Shown: in pieces, positions 43,960-57,093 of the stretch | Position numbering within the stretch: position 1 is the first letter of the stretch | Layout of the letters: every line of letters begins with the position of its first letter | DNA from: Diplonema japonicum | Taxonomy: Eukaryota > Protista > Euglenozoa: Diplonemea | Assembly (NCBI GenBank): GCA_964019335.1 | Contig: OZ025703.1 | Coordinates: 248,001-312,000, forward strand | Direction of reading: 5' to 3' | DNA length: 64,000 bases | Made by a program: the position numbers and the translations under genes | Notes under the pieces: model-generated | What the model saw: only the letters and a program-made list of their open reading frames with translations | Database searches by the model: none | What the model was told of the DNA's origin: nothing

Positions 43960-46900
43960 ATGATGGAGAAAAAGAAGAAAACCCCTCAGGTAAAACCATA
44001 CATGACCTCGACCCCCCTGGACCAATGCTATCTACCTGAGGGCGGGTTGAGGAGTGATCTCTCGGAGGAAACTGTGGAAAATGCAATGAAATGGATTTTG
44101 GAAGGCGAGGGGGGTGAAAAAGGGATGAAGTTTTTGGGAGAGCTGTACAGAAAGGCCGGAGGTGCGATGGGGTTAATCGGCAAAATAGAAGGGTTCTTAG
44201 ACGTGGGTTTGGACGGTACATTTTCTTCAGAGTTCTCGTTCGAGGGGGAGGTGGAGCGAGGGAACGAGTCCGATGAGGACGAACATTTTGAGGAAGATCA
44301 AGATTTTCCAAGGGGGAACTCAGTCATCGATTTTGCAGATGGAACCCCTGCACCGAACCTCGTCACCTGGCTAAAGAGACTTCCGAACTCAAACCCAGAT
44401 CTTGGTTATCGGTGTGAACACGCAACTCAACTCTTAGAAACGATCCATGTGGTTCTGAACCGAGAGCTTCCTGGGTTGAAATGCTCCCTTGAAACGAACG
44501 GCGAGGTTGAAACATGGATGGCGGCCCTGAGTTTACTCCAACCAGACGATGGCTTCCAGTGTTTCCTTGCAGGATGTTTGTACACAGCCGATCTCGTGAT
44601 TGAAAAACCAGGCGAGAAGTGGTTTTCCCCCAGCAAGAAACTGCAAACAGTGATTATAAAGGACAAAGAGATTTTAAAGGCGCACGGTATAACAGCGGAC
44701 AGTCATCGACTGCCTTTGTACTCGACAGTGAACACAGCGATGCGGGGTGTTGCGGATTTCGTGGATGGAAAGCGTGGTGGTGAGGGGAAAGTTGACATTT
44801 TCACCGATCCCGAGAGACCCCAACAGGTGCAGGTCATCAAAATCTTTCAGCCGATGATAAGACGGGTTGAGGAACTGATCCACAGATTACCGAAAAAGAT
44901 AACAATCGTCTTCAGAGGCATCAAGGGCAACATAAGCAGTCGGTACAAAGTCGGGTCCGAAGTGGTCTGGAACGCGTTTTCTTCAACGTCGGCTGAACGG
45001 GAAGCCATCTGGTCCTTCATGGGCAAGAATCGAGAAAAGAGCACCCTCTTCGTCATTATATCATCGGGTGCGGCGAGCGTTGAGTTCTGCTCCGTCTACA
45101 AAAAGGAAGAGAGGGAGTACCTCTATTCTACCAACATAAAATTCAGGGTTTCTTGGAAGCTGTCCCCGACCCTCCTCCGTATGATGGGTTGCCATTACGA
45201 CATCGTTGTTTTGAAGGAGAAATCGAGCCTGCTTCAGAAAAGCTCTGTGAAAATAGCTGCTTTAAAAGAAGTCTTGAACCAAACCATGAAGCTCTTCAAA
45301 GACTTTCTAGCAAAGTACGTGGGCGGTAAAGTCGGCGACAGAGAACGCGCACCTGCGGAGTCCACCAAGCTGGTCCTGGAGAAGATTATGAATTGGGTGG
45401 AAATCAACAAAGAAACCCGCGGACACCTGTGTCTTCTTGGTGACGGCGGGGCAGGCAAAACGTCAGCTGCCGTTGCAGTCTTGTCAAAGCTCATCAAGGA
45501 TGGTGGTGATAAGATCTTTCCAGTCTTTGTCCCATTGCCTATTTTGAAGGAAAAGTTGGTTATGCCTGGCGGGATCGATTCCTTCATCTGCGACTCTTTT
45601 GATCTGTCCCCCACGGATTTGAACTTGTTGGGGTCGACTTATGATGTGATCCTCGTTCTTGACTCACTCGACGAGGTTGGAATCGACGAACTGGCTGCAA
45701 AGATTACCAAATCAGGAGCGGCGTCCTTGCTAGAAATACACCCCTGGTGTTTTAAAAACACCACCGTGCTGTTGACGACTCGGACAGACTATGTTAAAAG
45801 GTCTGGACTGACTCCCACTCAGTTGTGTGGTACTGCGTTGGAAACCATCTTCCTGCAGCCTTTTACAGATGCTGACATTGATCAGTACGTCGGAAAATAC
45901 CTTGGGGACAAGGAGAAGACAGAGAAGGTGCTCGGGGTTTTGAGGTCAAAAAAGCTTCTGGACAAAGTACGGAACCCATTCATGTTGCACATGTTCGCGA
46001 GGTCGTGTAAGGACCAGGACTTCTCGGTGCTCCACCCAGGGAGGTTCGTGGAGAACGATGTTTACGAAACTTACTTAAAGACGGTGATACGAAATAAACA
46101 GGAAGACGTGTCGAGAGAATTGAACCAGATCCTGCACCTCGCCGAGGAAATCGCGTGCAAAATGCTCGATATGAACACATGGGAGCTCCAGCACGGTCCT
46201 GTCATCGCCGAGTTGTTAACGAACCACCACGGGATGGACCTCGGTTCGATTAAGAGTCGATTGCATAGTTTGCCTATCCGCATCGAGGACGAAGACGACG
46301 GGCAGAGTTTATTCACGTTCAGGCACAAGAGTCTTGGAGAGTACCTTGTTGCAAGACGGCTGTGGCGAGAACCCGTACAAACGTTGGTGAACCTGGTGTC
46401 GAGGAGAGCGTGGAGTAAGGACGTGCCCAACACCTTGAGATTCTTGGAGAATGAGGCGCTTCGCGACGAGGATTCAATGTCTGAAAGAGATTTAAAATGC
46501 AGGGGGGAGCTGCTGCAACTCCTCATGAAAACGAGAGACCGCAACAAATCGACCCAGAAGACAAGGATCGTCGCGTCCAACGCAATGGCGTACATGACAG
46601 CCTGTCGGTACAATTTCGAGCGCGACAACCTTTCCGGCCTCATTGTAGAAAACTCTGACTGCCGCAACTCCGTTTTCGTCCTCGCCAACTTCACATCAGC
46701 TAGGTTTGAAAACTGTTGGATGGAAGGAACCGAAATGTACAAATGTGTCCTAACCTCATCCGACTGGACGGGATCGTCCTTCGGCATTCCATTACCCCCA
46801 TTAAATTCTCATTCCGGTAAAATTACATCCATCACGATGGCACGAGGAGGCGCGCTTCTTCTGTCCACTTCTGAAGACCATACATTTCGCGCGTTCGATC

Positions 46901-48666
46901 TCAACACCGCTACACAAATTTATTGCTTACCTTGTCCGCACCCCGTGACGTCGATGGTTCTGACGCCGGACGAACGGATTGTAATCCTTTCTTATTCAAA
47001 CATTTTCGAAGTCAGATGCCGTGTGGAATTCACTTTGATCAAGAAGGTTGAAACCGAATCCAAAATATCCTGCATAGTCCTGCACGGTGGGCTGATATAC
47101 ACAGGGCACATCACTGGCACAATCTACACCTGGGCGCTCGGAAGCGGGAAACAACGGAAAAAGATAACGATGGAACAAATAGATCCGACGCATATCACCA
47201 CAATCTCTACGGGAAAGGACACTGTCCTAATCGGTTTCAAAGGAAGCCATCCCGTGATTCTCAACGGTGGCAATCCAAATCGGAAAAGCACATACACTGA
47301 TCACCATGAGCAAGGTGTGACGTGTTCAGTCCTGACCAGCGATGGGTTAAAGGCTGTCACGGGAGGAAAGGAGAAAACCGTATTCATATGGGATACAATC
47401 GAAATGAGAACAGTGGCGAGGCTTGAAGGACACTCTGCGAGCATTACAAGCATAACACTTGACCCGAGGGAGCTTCGGATCGTCTCCGGGAGTAAAGACG
47501 ATACAATCCGTGTTTGGGAGCTTATGACGGGCGTTTGTTGCCTAAAGCTCGAAGGCCACTCACGGTACATCACATCCCTGCACATCACCCCCGACGGGTC
47601 ACGTCTGGCAAGCGGGTCCAATGACCATACAATACGCATCTGGGACCTTTCCACATCAAAAGAACCCCCTCGAGTTGAAAGCCATTCTAGATGGGTGACG
47701 TGTGTCGCAGCAGATTTCTCTGAGAAGCGTATATTCTCAGGGTCCGACGACTCTACTGTTCGAGTGTGGAATGGAGTCACAGGACGCGAAATAGTCCGTT
47801 TTGACACCCCGGGGTACCCGCAAGCTTTGCACCACTCAACAGACAACCACCTGTACTGTGTAACAAACACAAAAACGATGCTGATATGGAACCTGTCCGG
47901 TATGGTGTTGGTTCGAACGGTTCAGATCGATTCCAGTTACGCGTCCTTTTCCGACAGTGCTGAGTACTTCGCCACGTTCCGCTCAGAGGCCGTGGTGGTT
48001 GTGTACCAGCAAGACAGACACTGCGAGGCCATGACTCCTATCCTTCTGCAGCACGCCTCGCCAATCTTATCCTTGATAAAGGTTTCCAGCCATGCTGATG
48101 TTGTTGTCACGTATCTTGCATCAGAGGTGTTGTGCATGTGGGGGAAATGGAAAGGTGGGGGTGTTAACTCTCCGCAGCCACCTGTCTTGGTTGCGGTGAA
48201 GAACGTACTTTCACTTGACACATCAAGGAACGGTGGTGTAGCTGTTGTAGGGTGCAAGTCTGAGATCTGTTTGTATGACACTAGGTCGGGAGCGACGCGG
48301 CACCGATTCCCTGTAGAGCTGACTAGTGTGGTTGCGGTGAAGATATCAGACTGTGAGAAGATAGTCGTCAGCGGTTGTTCGAACAAGACAGTTTTGATTT
48401 TCAACGCCACCACAGGCACTGCTACCCACACCCTGTGTGGAAACTCCGATACCATCACAGGCATAGCCCTGTCACCTACTTCTATTGTAACGGCGTCAAA
48501 AGACAAGACCATTAGGGTGTACCGCTTGGTCTCTCGAGGCCGCGGCGGGTCGCAAAACACAATGGCATCTATCCTCACCATCGGGGAACGAAACACCTGT
48601 GTCCGAACGTTTTCTTGCATTGGAGCGAACATGGCCAAGCCTGACAGCAGGGCGAGGTTGTTGTAA
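43960..48666 (+). CDS. NLR-like STAND protein: ADP-ribosyltransferase domain + NACHT NTPase + pentapeptide-like repeats + WD40 repeats
   Basis: ART motifs LYT, LY..VN.AMR, VFRG, FSSTS, EREYL; Walker A GDGGAGKT; Walker B LVLDSLDE; LLTTR; NP.ML; F.HKSLGEY; multiple GH...WD repeats. Start codon uncertain. Confidence 0.88.
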   Translation: MMEKKKKTPQVKPYMTSTPLDQCYLPEGGLRSDLSEETVENAMKWILEGEGGEKGMKFLGELYRKAGGAMGLIGKIEGFLDVGLDGTFSSEFSFEGEVERGNESDEDEHFEEDQDFPRGNSVIDFADGTPAPNLVTWLKRLPNSNPDLGYRCEHATQLLETIHVVLNRELPGLKCSLETNGEVETWMAALSLLQPDDGFQCFLAGCLYTADLVIEKPGEKWFSPSKKLQTVIIKDKEILKAHGITADSHRLPLYSTVNTAMRGVADFVDGKRGGEGKVDIFTDPERPQQVQVIKIFQPMIRRVEELIHRLPKKITIVFRGIKGNISSRYKVGSEVVWNAFSSTSAEREAIWSFMGKNREKSTLFVIISSGAASVEFCSVYKKEEREYLYSTNIKFRVSWKLSPTLLRMMGCHYDIVVLKEKSSLLQKSSVKIAALKEVLNQTMKLFKDFLAKYVGGKVGDRERAPAESTKLVLEKIMNWVEINKETRGHLCLLGDGGAGKTSAAVAVLSKLIKDGGDKIFPVFVPLPILKEKLVMPGGIDSFICDSFDLSPTDLNLLGSTYDVILVLDSLDEVGIDELAAKITKSGAASLLEIHPWCFKNTTVLLTTRTDYVKRSGLTPTQLCGTALETIFLQPFTDADIDQYVGKYLGDKEKTEKVLGVLRSKKLLDKVRNPFMLHMFARSCKDQDFSVLHPGRFVENDVYETYLKTVIRNKQEDVSRELNQILHLAEEIACKMLDMNTWELQHGPVIAELLTNHHGMDLGSIKSRLHSLPIRIEDEDDGQSLFTFRHKSLGEYLVARRLWREPVQTLVNLVSRRAWSKDVPNTLRFLENEALRDEDSMSERDLKCRGELLQLLMKTRDRNKSTQKTRIVASNAMAYMTACRYNFERDNLSGLIVENSDCRNSVFVLANFTSARFENCWMEGTEMYKCVLTSSDWTGSSFGIPLPPLNSHSGKITSITMARGGALLLSTSEDHTFRAFDLNTATQIYCLPCPHPVTSMVLTPDERIVILSYSNIFEVRCRVEFTLIKKVETESKISCIVLHGGLIYTGHITGTIYTWALGSGKQRKKITMEQIDPTHITTISTGKDTVLIGFKGSHPVILNGGNPNRKSTYTDHHEQGVTCSVLTSDGLKAVTGGKEKTVFIWDTIEMRTVARLEGHSASITSITLDPRELRIVSGSKDDTIRVWELMTGVCCLKLEGHSRYITSLHITPDGSRLASGSNDHTIRIWDLSTSKEPPRVESHSRWVTCVAADFSEKRIFSGSDDSTVRVWNGVTGREIVRFDTPGYPQALHHSTDNHLYCVTNTKTMLIWNLSGMVLVRTVQIDSSYASFSDSAEYFATFRSEAVVVVYQQDRHCEAMTPILLQHASPILSLIKVSSHADVVVTYLASEVLCMWGKWKGGGVNSPQPPVLVAVKNVLSLDTSRNGGVAVVGCKSEICLYDTRSGATRHRFPVELTSVVAVKISDCEKIVVSGCSNKTVLIFNATTGTATHTLCGNSDTITGIALSPTSIVTASKDKTIRVYRLVSRGRGGSQNTMASILTIGERNTCVRTFSCIGANMAKPDSRARLL

Positions 48667-48942
48667 AAAAAGAAAAAAAAAGAAAACACACGAAAGAAGA
48701 AAGAGAAAAGGCCTGTATAAGGCCCCGTCCACATGTGCTTGTTTCTCCCCTCTCCCCTTTTTTTCTTCTTCGAGCGAATGACGTTCTCCGTAGCCCTTGT
48801 TTCATTTCTTCCCCCCCCCCCCCTCTTTGACACCGTCTATGTTTAGAAAAAGAAGAAGAAAGAAAACCAGAAATAACAAACAAACACAAAAGTGAAGGGA
48901 AAAGGGGGAAAAGAAAATGCACCACCGGACAATTATTCAAAA

Positions 48943-51900
48943 ATGGAACACTCGGTAAGCAGAAAATCAACAAAGGTGTCGATAAGGAGCCAGTCGATAG
49001 ATGGCAACATGAGCAAGACATACACACCCGGGAGCGGGCTAAAGGGCAAGGTGGTGCAGGGAAAAGTCACGGTACACGTACTTGAAGCAGAGAAACTCAC
49101 AATCCCAGAAGGCGTAACGAACGTAAAGCCCTTCGTAAGGCTGTCCGCAGGCGAGGTCTCGCACGACAGCGAGGTGGCGGTGGGATCGTACTTGCAAATG
49201 TGGCGTGACCAGAGCTTCACGTTTCAGGTTTTGGGAAAAACGACCGTTGAGATAAAAGTGTACCATAAGAGAGTGGAACAAGACCAGGAACATGATTTCT
49301 TGGGAGAAACAACAATAAGCATCGAGCAAAAAACGGACTGCGGGCAGAAATGGCTCCCACTGTCGCAAACAACGGGGGGCCAGATCAAACTGAAATGGTC
49401 ATATGAGGAAGAGAGTCCTGCGGTGATCGCAGCAAACCAGCAACAACAGCAAATAAACACTGTCAGACGCCTTACAAACTCGTCCTCGTTTGGCGCGTCA
49501 TTCGACAAGTCAGGCGAGGAAAAGGAGTCCGACCCAGACGTACTCGGAAAACTCAAACTGGAAATAATCCGAGCAAAATCCTTAACGACCCCTCAATACT
49601 GGATCTCCTTTTCACCGTACGTCACATGCTCGTACCAAGGCAGCGATCATGAAACAAAAGTGCAGAAGAACACAACGAACCCGTTTTACAACTTCAAAAT
49701 GGAGATCGATGTAAAAGACACTGATCCTGTTCTATTCTACATCAAGGACAGCAACACGACAGGTTCCGGTGACGGCCAAGCAAGGGATTATGGGTGCGTC
49801 GGGTGGGCATACGACACTGCGGTCTCGATGAAGACGAATGTTGTCAGTTTGCAGGTTTTGCAGAACCTCGACGACGTCGAACCCCCTGAGGACCTAGGGG
49901 TTCTCGAGATCCGCGTCTCGTACAAATCCTTCGCCTCGAGGAAGAAGAGCACAGAGAACGGAGACCCCTCCTCCGTCCAAAACGGTCTTATCTCTTTGGG
50001 CTACCAACCTGTCATCAACGGATCTGTCTCAATCGTCCCGCAGGATTGCCAGTACATATGGTACAATATGTACGACGATGCTAAGTTCAAGATGACCATG
50101 GAACAGAAGGTCATCGAAGCCTACCTTTCCGATCAGTTAAAGCAAACCGCGTCCCCTGGCAGGTTACGACCGAGACTCTCCACCACGACCTCCGTAGCAG
50201 CAGAAACCCGAAGAAACGACCCGGTCCCGCTTACCATGGACTCAGTAGTGACCCACGCGTGGGGCTGCACCAGAATGCATCATGTACTTGATATGGCGCG
50301 GCTTTGCGGGGAGAAGATCAGCGGGTGTGAATCCCTTCCGATCTCCCCGTCAGATCTGCACGCGTTGCGGGTGAAATTGGCAGAGATGACCATCATGCGA
50401 ACTCAGGTCATCCGGGGCTCAGCTTCAATCTCAAACACGTTAAAAGCTCTGTGGTACTTGTTCACAACAGGGTCCACCATAGACACAAAGGAAACCCACG
50501 TCGAGCCCGACTTTGGTGAAATACACTACAAGGCTCTCGCAACACATTTCTTGCAGACCTTTGTACCGGGCCTGTCTGCGGGCCTCGCAGACGAGCTGGC
50601 CAACACCGAGTGGGAAGTGGTAGGGTCATCAGGCCGGGATGACACTGGAACATTAATGTTGGAACCGGAACGATTCTATCGCCACATATCTTTCTTTGCA
50701 TCTCTGTGGTGCGACACACTGACGGAGTACGAGGTACAGCAGTACTTGTCCGTGTCAACGCCTGTTGTTGTGGAAGCGAGGAAGACGGTTCTGAGGCTTA
50801 CAAAGAAGAAGGTGAAGGCGAAGATCGTCAAGGAGGGTTTTAAAAAGCCGGAGCATCTCGATGAGCTGGGGCATCGGCAGGCCCCTCAATCCAGACGGAA
50901 ATCGTCCGCAACAAAGAAATCCCCGTCGCCACGTCATTCAAAGAAAACCTCGACTGTCTCGGTGAAAAGTCGCGGCAGCACCAGCGGCCCACCTCCACGC
51001 CCTCCTGAGTCGTTTCAGAAAGACGATGACGAGGACGAAAACAGCCCTATGTTGCAGAATACAAATGACTACTACGAAAGTACTCTTAGATCCTTGCGTA
51101 AAGGCTCCGCAGACAGCTTCGGGTCATACAGCGATTTGACAAAAGTGCTCAATCAATCGTATGCGATTTGTCCCCCCCCCCCCCCCCCCCCTTCCCTCTT
51201 TCCACACCGAACAGGGATAAACCCCACCACGCGAAGACGAAAAGGAAAAGCAGGAAAAGCCTCGCGTCCACCAGTTCGATGAGGCACAAGAAGAAGCGAT
51301 CTGCGTTCGATGTATGCTCACCCCCCCTACATTATCTCGACTCTATGTTCGCTCACTCCAGGTCGCTGAAGAGAAAGTTAAGCATGCTTTCGAAATGGAA
51401 GACTTCGACTGGAGAACAGTCTCGACGTGGGCCAAAGATGTCTTCGGTGGCTGGGAGGGGGACAATATGTCCGATGTTTTGAACATGTCGCATTCTGAGG
51501 TAGGAAAAAGAAAAAAGAAATTTAAAAAAATAAAATAAAAAAAAATAAAGGTAGACATGATCATTCTCCGCCTGTTCCCGGCGGAACTGCCTAAAAAGCA
51601 CCCGAAGGTCAGAAACGATCTGATCGCAGCCGTTGTGACGTTCTTCCAAACGATAAAACCCAAGGCAGAGGTTCCCCCGGAACAGCAAGGGGCAAAGGTC
51701 GGGCAGTCGAACATACCCGAGGGGTGCTTAAGGATCATCTCCGCGTTCTGCGGCGTGCAGGAGCTTAAGAAACTGGTAGCCGGGTGCAGAATGACGAAAA
51801 TGATGAACGAAGGCTTGCTGATGGAAAGGGTGGAGAGAATGTACCCGCTGCCGGGCGAGGGGGATTTGGAGAACGCACTGAAAGCTGTCTTCACACAAAC

Positions 51901-52372
51901 AGCCTGTGCCGAGCTTCGACAACAAGTGGGAATGGGTAAACTCAAAGCCCCACCCAGGCTGGCACAAGTTGTCGCAGAAATGGCCTGCACAATTCTAAGC
52001 ATCGAAACGAATGGATATTGGGCAAAGTTTAGAGAAGTTATATGCAACCCATCCTCGTATTCACACTTCTCGGACTACTCTCCTGCCACTCTCACTTCTA
52101 CTCTCTTCCACGCGTGCTCCAAACTCAAGGAGGACACAGATACCGGCATCGACAGGCAGGGACGCCAGTTGAATGAGTCCATGAGGGGGCTTTCATGGGT
52201 AACACTCACGGAGGAGACCCTCAGCAAGGCAGTTCCCGATGCTCTTGTGTCGCTTTATAAATGGGTCAAGCTTCTGATGATGGCGTACTCAAGACACTCC
52301 GGTAAAACTTATTTCTATATTGATACATACGGCTGGACACATAGGGCGTCGAAGGAGCTGTTTTGGGATTGA
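48943..52372 (+). CDS. Double C2-domain protein (exons 48943-51158, 51215-51311, 51362-51499, 51551-52372)
   Basis: Two C2-like segments (VHVLEAEKL..PFVRL..DFLGE; LEIIRAKSL..SPYV..TKVQKNTTNPFYN); three GT-AG introns of 56, 50 and 51 nt keep frame. Confidence 0.78.
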
Positions 52373-52405
52373 TTTTCTGTCAAACACAAGATAAGGTGAT
52401 TAGTT

Positions 52406-52434
52406 AGGCGATCCTGTCACATACTGCAGGTTCC
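52406..52434 (+). repeat. 40-bp hairpin motif, subfamily 2 (3'-truncated)
   Basis: aggcgatcctgtcacatactgcaggttcc, 33 nt after the C2 gene stop. Confidence 0.8.
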
Positions 52435-52435
52435 T

Positions 52436-52470
<35 letters not shown>

Positions 52471-53062
52471 GAGAAAAAAAGTTACTTTTTTTACGTTCAA
52501 TGACAAAAGAAAAAGAGAGAAAAAGTGCTTCTCCTTGTTTTCTCCGTCGGTCTCTAATGTAAGTTAGTTTAAAAAAAAAAAAAAAAAAAAAAAGAGCCGT
52601 TTTATGCTCTTTTGCTGGTTCCCCCCTGTTTTTGACACTGGTTAAATAGGTGGGAAAATAGGGTGTTTTTTTTTTCTTCCTTTCTTTTTTTATTTCAAGA
52701 TAAAAAAAGGGGGGGGAGGAGATGTTAACTCGACCCCCAAGTTTTCGAAATGTTTAAAGCCGCCCCTTAGTCTCCAAGGTTTCCAATGTGCTCAAAGCCA
52801 GCCCCCGGTTTTTAAATGCCCAAATAAGATCCGGGACTCAAAGTCACAGATCTTGAGCCATTTCTCAAGCTTAGGGTTGATTTTGAGCATATACCCCGGA
52901 CTTCGGTCAAGTTGGCAGCTTTCTCAAGAAAAAAAAGTAAAAATAACTGACCCTAATTGTAAACCAAGAAAAAAAGAATGTATCCCCCCCCAAAAAAAAA
53001 GAGTCACGACCCCCCTCCCCGACACAAGGGAGACCCGAACAGGGTCTTATTGGGGATTCTGA

Positions 53063-55011
<1,949 letters not shown>

Positions 55012-55020
55012 GGGAAAAAA

Positions 55021-55758
55021 AATAGCTATTTACTGCCAACAAGTAATGACTTTACCGTTACCTCGAGGTTCCGCATTTTACCGTCGAGGGCCCGCAGGGC
55101 CCGAGATGGTAAAATGCGGAACCGAGAGGTCGGTAAAGCATTACTTGGCGGTAGGTAAGTGGTTTTATTTCACGACACTCTGAAATTACTTCACCACGAG
55201 GGGCACAACAGGGTGACAAGGGGTACAACAAGAGAGGGGTTACAAAGGTTACAATACAAGTTGTTTTTCCTCCTTTTGTTGACTAAGAGCTGCCGCTGTC
55301 GCTGGCATTGCCACTGTCACCATCTCTAATCAGGCCTTCCCATACCTAGCGCGGCCGCTGGCTCCTTTTTTTCTGCTGCTTCGGTATTTTGAAGTCTTTT
55401 GGGGTGCTTGGGTAAGCTGACTAAGTTACCCTTACCCACAGAAGAGTTACCCACAGAAACTGGGAACAGGCCTAGCCAAAAGTGGGCAAATTGGGAGGAA
55501 AAAGTAGTCCAACTTGGAACTGAGCCGAGGCAAAAGTTGGCCAATTGAGCTGAACCTGGGGGGAAATAGCAAACTGAGAGGAAAAAGTAGCCCCACTGGG
55601 AACCGAACCGAGGCAAAAATTGGCCTACCGAGGCATATTATTTACCGGAAACCCCCTATTACTTCACGGAAAACAGGCCATTATTTCACCGTGAAGTAAT
55701 GAGATTTAGCGTGAAGTAATGGGCCCCCCAGTGCGTGAAGTAATTTCTGAAGAGTGAA

Positions 55759-55761
<3 letters not shown>
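55021..55761 (-). mobile_element. Terminal-palindrome element (B-related), reverse orientation
   Basis: aatagctatt terminus at left; palindrome centred on gagggcccgcagggcccga; IR tatttcac..ctctgaaattacttcac / gtgaagtaatttctgaagagtgaaata. Confidence 0.8.
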
Positions 55762-55799
<38 letters not shown>

Positions 55800-56004
55800 C
55801 ACCGTCCCCCTCTCCCTCCTTCAATTGTTGTATAGAGTTTTTCTTTTTTTTTCTTTTTAAAACGAAAGAGGAGCGAAAGAGAATATTATTATTAATACAT
55901 CAATTCTCTCTTTTTTTTTCTTCTTCTCTTCTTCTTTCTTCCCCCCCCCCCCCCCTTCTTCTTCTTCTCTTCCGTGGTTGGGCCTTACTTTTTTTTTTTT
56001 TTTT

Positions 56005-56254
56005 CATTGTACTCTCAATTTTGACTTCATTCACTTCCACCCCAATTTTATTTCACTCCAGCTATTTAATTTCACTCGGTTCGAATTGGGGGTGGGGGAA
56101 TCCCTTCCCCCAATTTTTGATTTTTTTTTTCCTTACTGAATGAAGTAAAATTGAGGGGTAAGGGAAACTACCACCTTGTTCGCATCAGATGTACGAGTTT
56201 TCTCTCATTCTCTTGAGTGACAGAAAATCCATTTTTCAATGTGAATAAATAGCT
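56005..56254 (+). mobile_element. Short degenerate member of the terminal-palindrome family
   Basis: IR ctcaattttgacttcattc / gaatgaagtaaaattgag; ends aataaatagct; embedded in poly-T. Confidence 0.5.
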
Positions 56255-56687
56255 TTTTTTTTTTTTTTTTTTGCCTGGAAAGTTTTTTATTAACCAGTTT
56301 CTTCTTTTTTATTTTTTATAGGTGAGCAAAAGAATTTATTTTAATGAATGGAAAGAAAAAGAAAAAAAAAGGGAACCATGGGACAATGGAGAACGGGCAC
56401 AATGCATATGAGTGATTTTCTTTTGTTCTTCCCCCCCCCTTTTTTTTTCCTCTTCCCCTACTATTGTTCTTTTTTTTCGTCGTTTTCTGTCCCCCCTTCC
56501 CCTCAAAAGCCCCTTTTTAAATTGTGGAGTGTTTTAAAAAAAAGAAAAAAAAAAGAAATAGTAGGAAAGAAACGAAAAAAAAAAAAAAAAAAAAAAAAAG
56601 AGGGGGAATAGAAAAAAGGATAATAATATGCTCCCTTGTTTGCAACAGTTTCAAATTGCCTCTGATATTTTTTTTTTGTTGTTTCTT

Positions 56688-56722
<35 letters not shown>

Positions 56723-57093
56723 TTCGAATTATGATGCACGCTAACTCTTCCCTTCTTTCTTTTAAGGTAGAAGAGAATAGGGGGAAAAAAAAAAGGGGTT
56801 TTTTTTCTCTCTCGTTTTAACTTTTATAGGTCACTACCCAATTTCTATACAAATTTAGGCATAATTCATCCACGATAGGATGCAACCAAAAGACCAGGCA
56901 AGCCTCCCCCCTTTTTTTTCCCTTCTTTTTTTGAGCTTCAATAATGTGCGAATAAAAAAAAAGAAAAAAAAAAAGAAAAAAGCCGAAACACCACTTTGTG
57001 CCATCCCCCCCCCTTTTTTTTCCCCCTTTTCAAATCGATACGAGTGTTTTTTTTTTTTTTTTTTTTTTTTTCAGAAAAAATGCGAGAGTTTAA

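Noticed and set aside
52720-52925. Degenerate inverted repeat or MITE
   Set aside because: Only a loose ~20-bp match, no second copy or TSD in the window.
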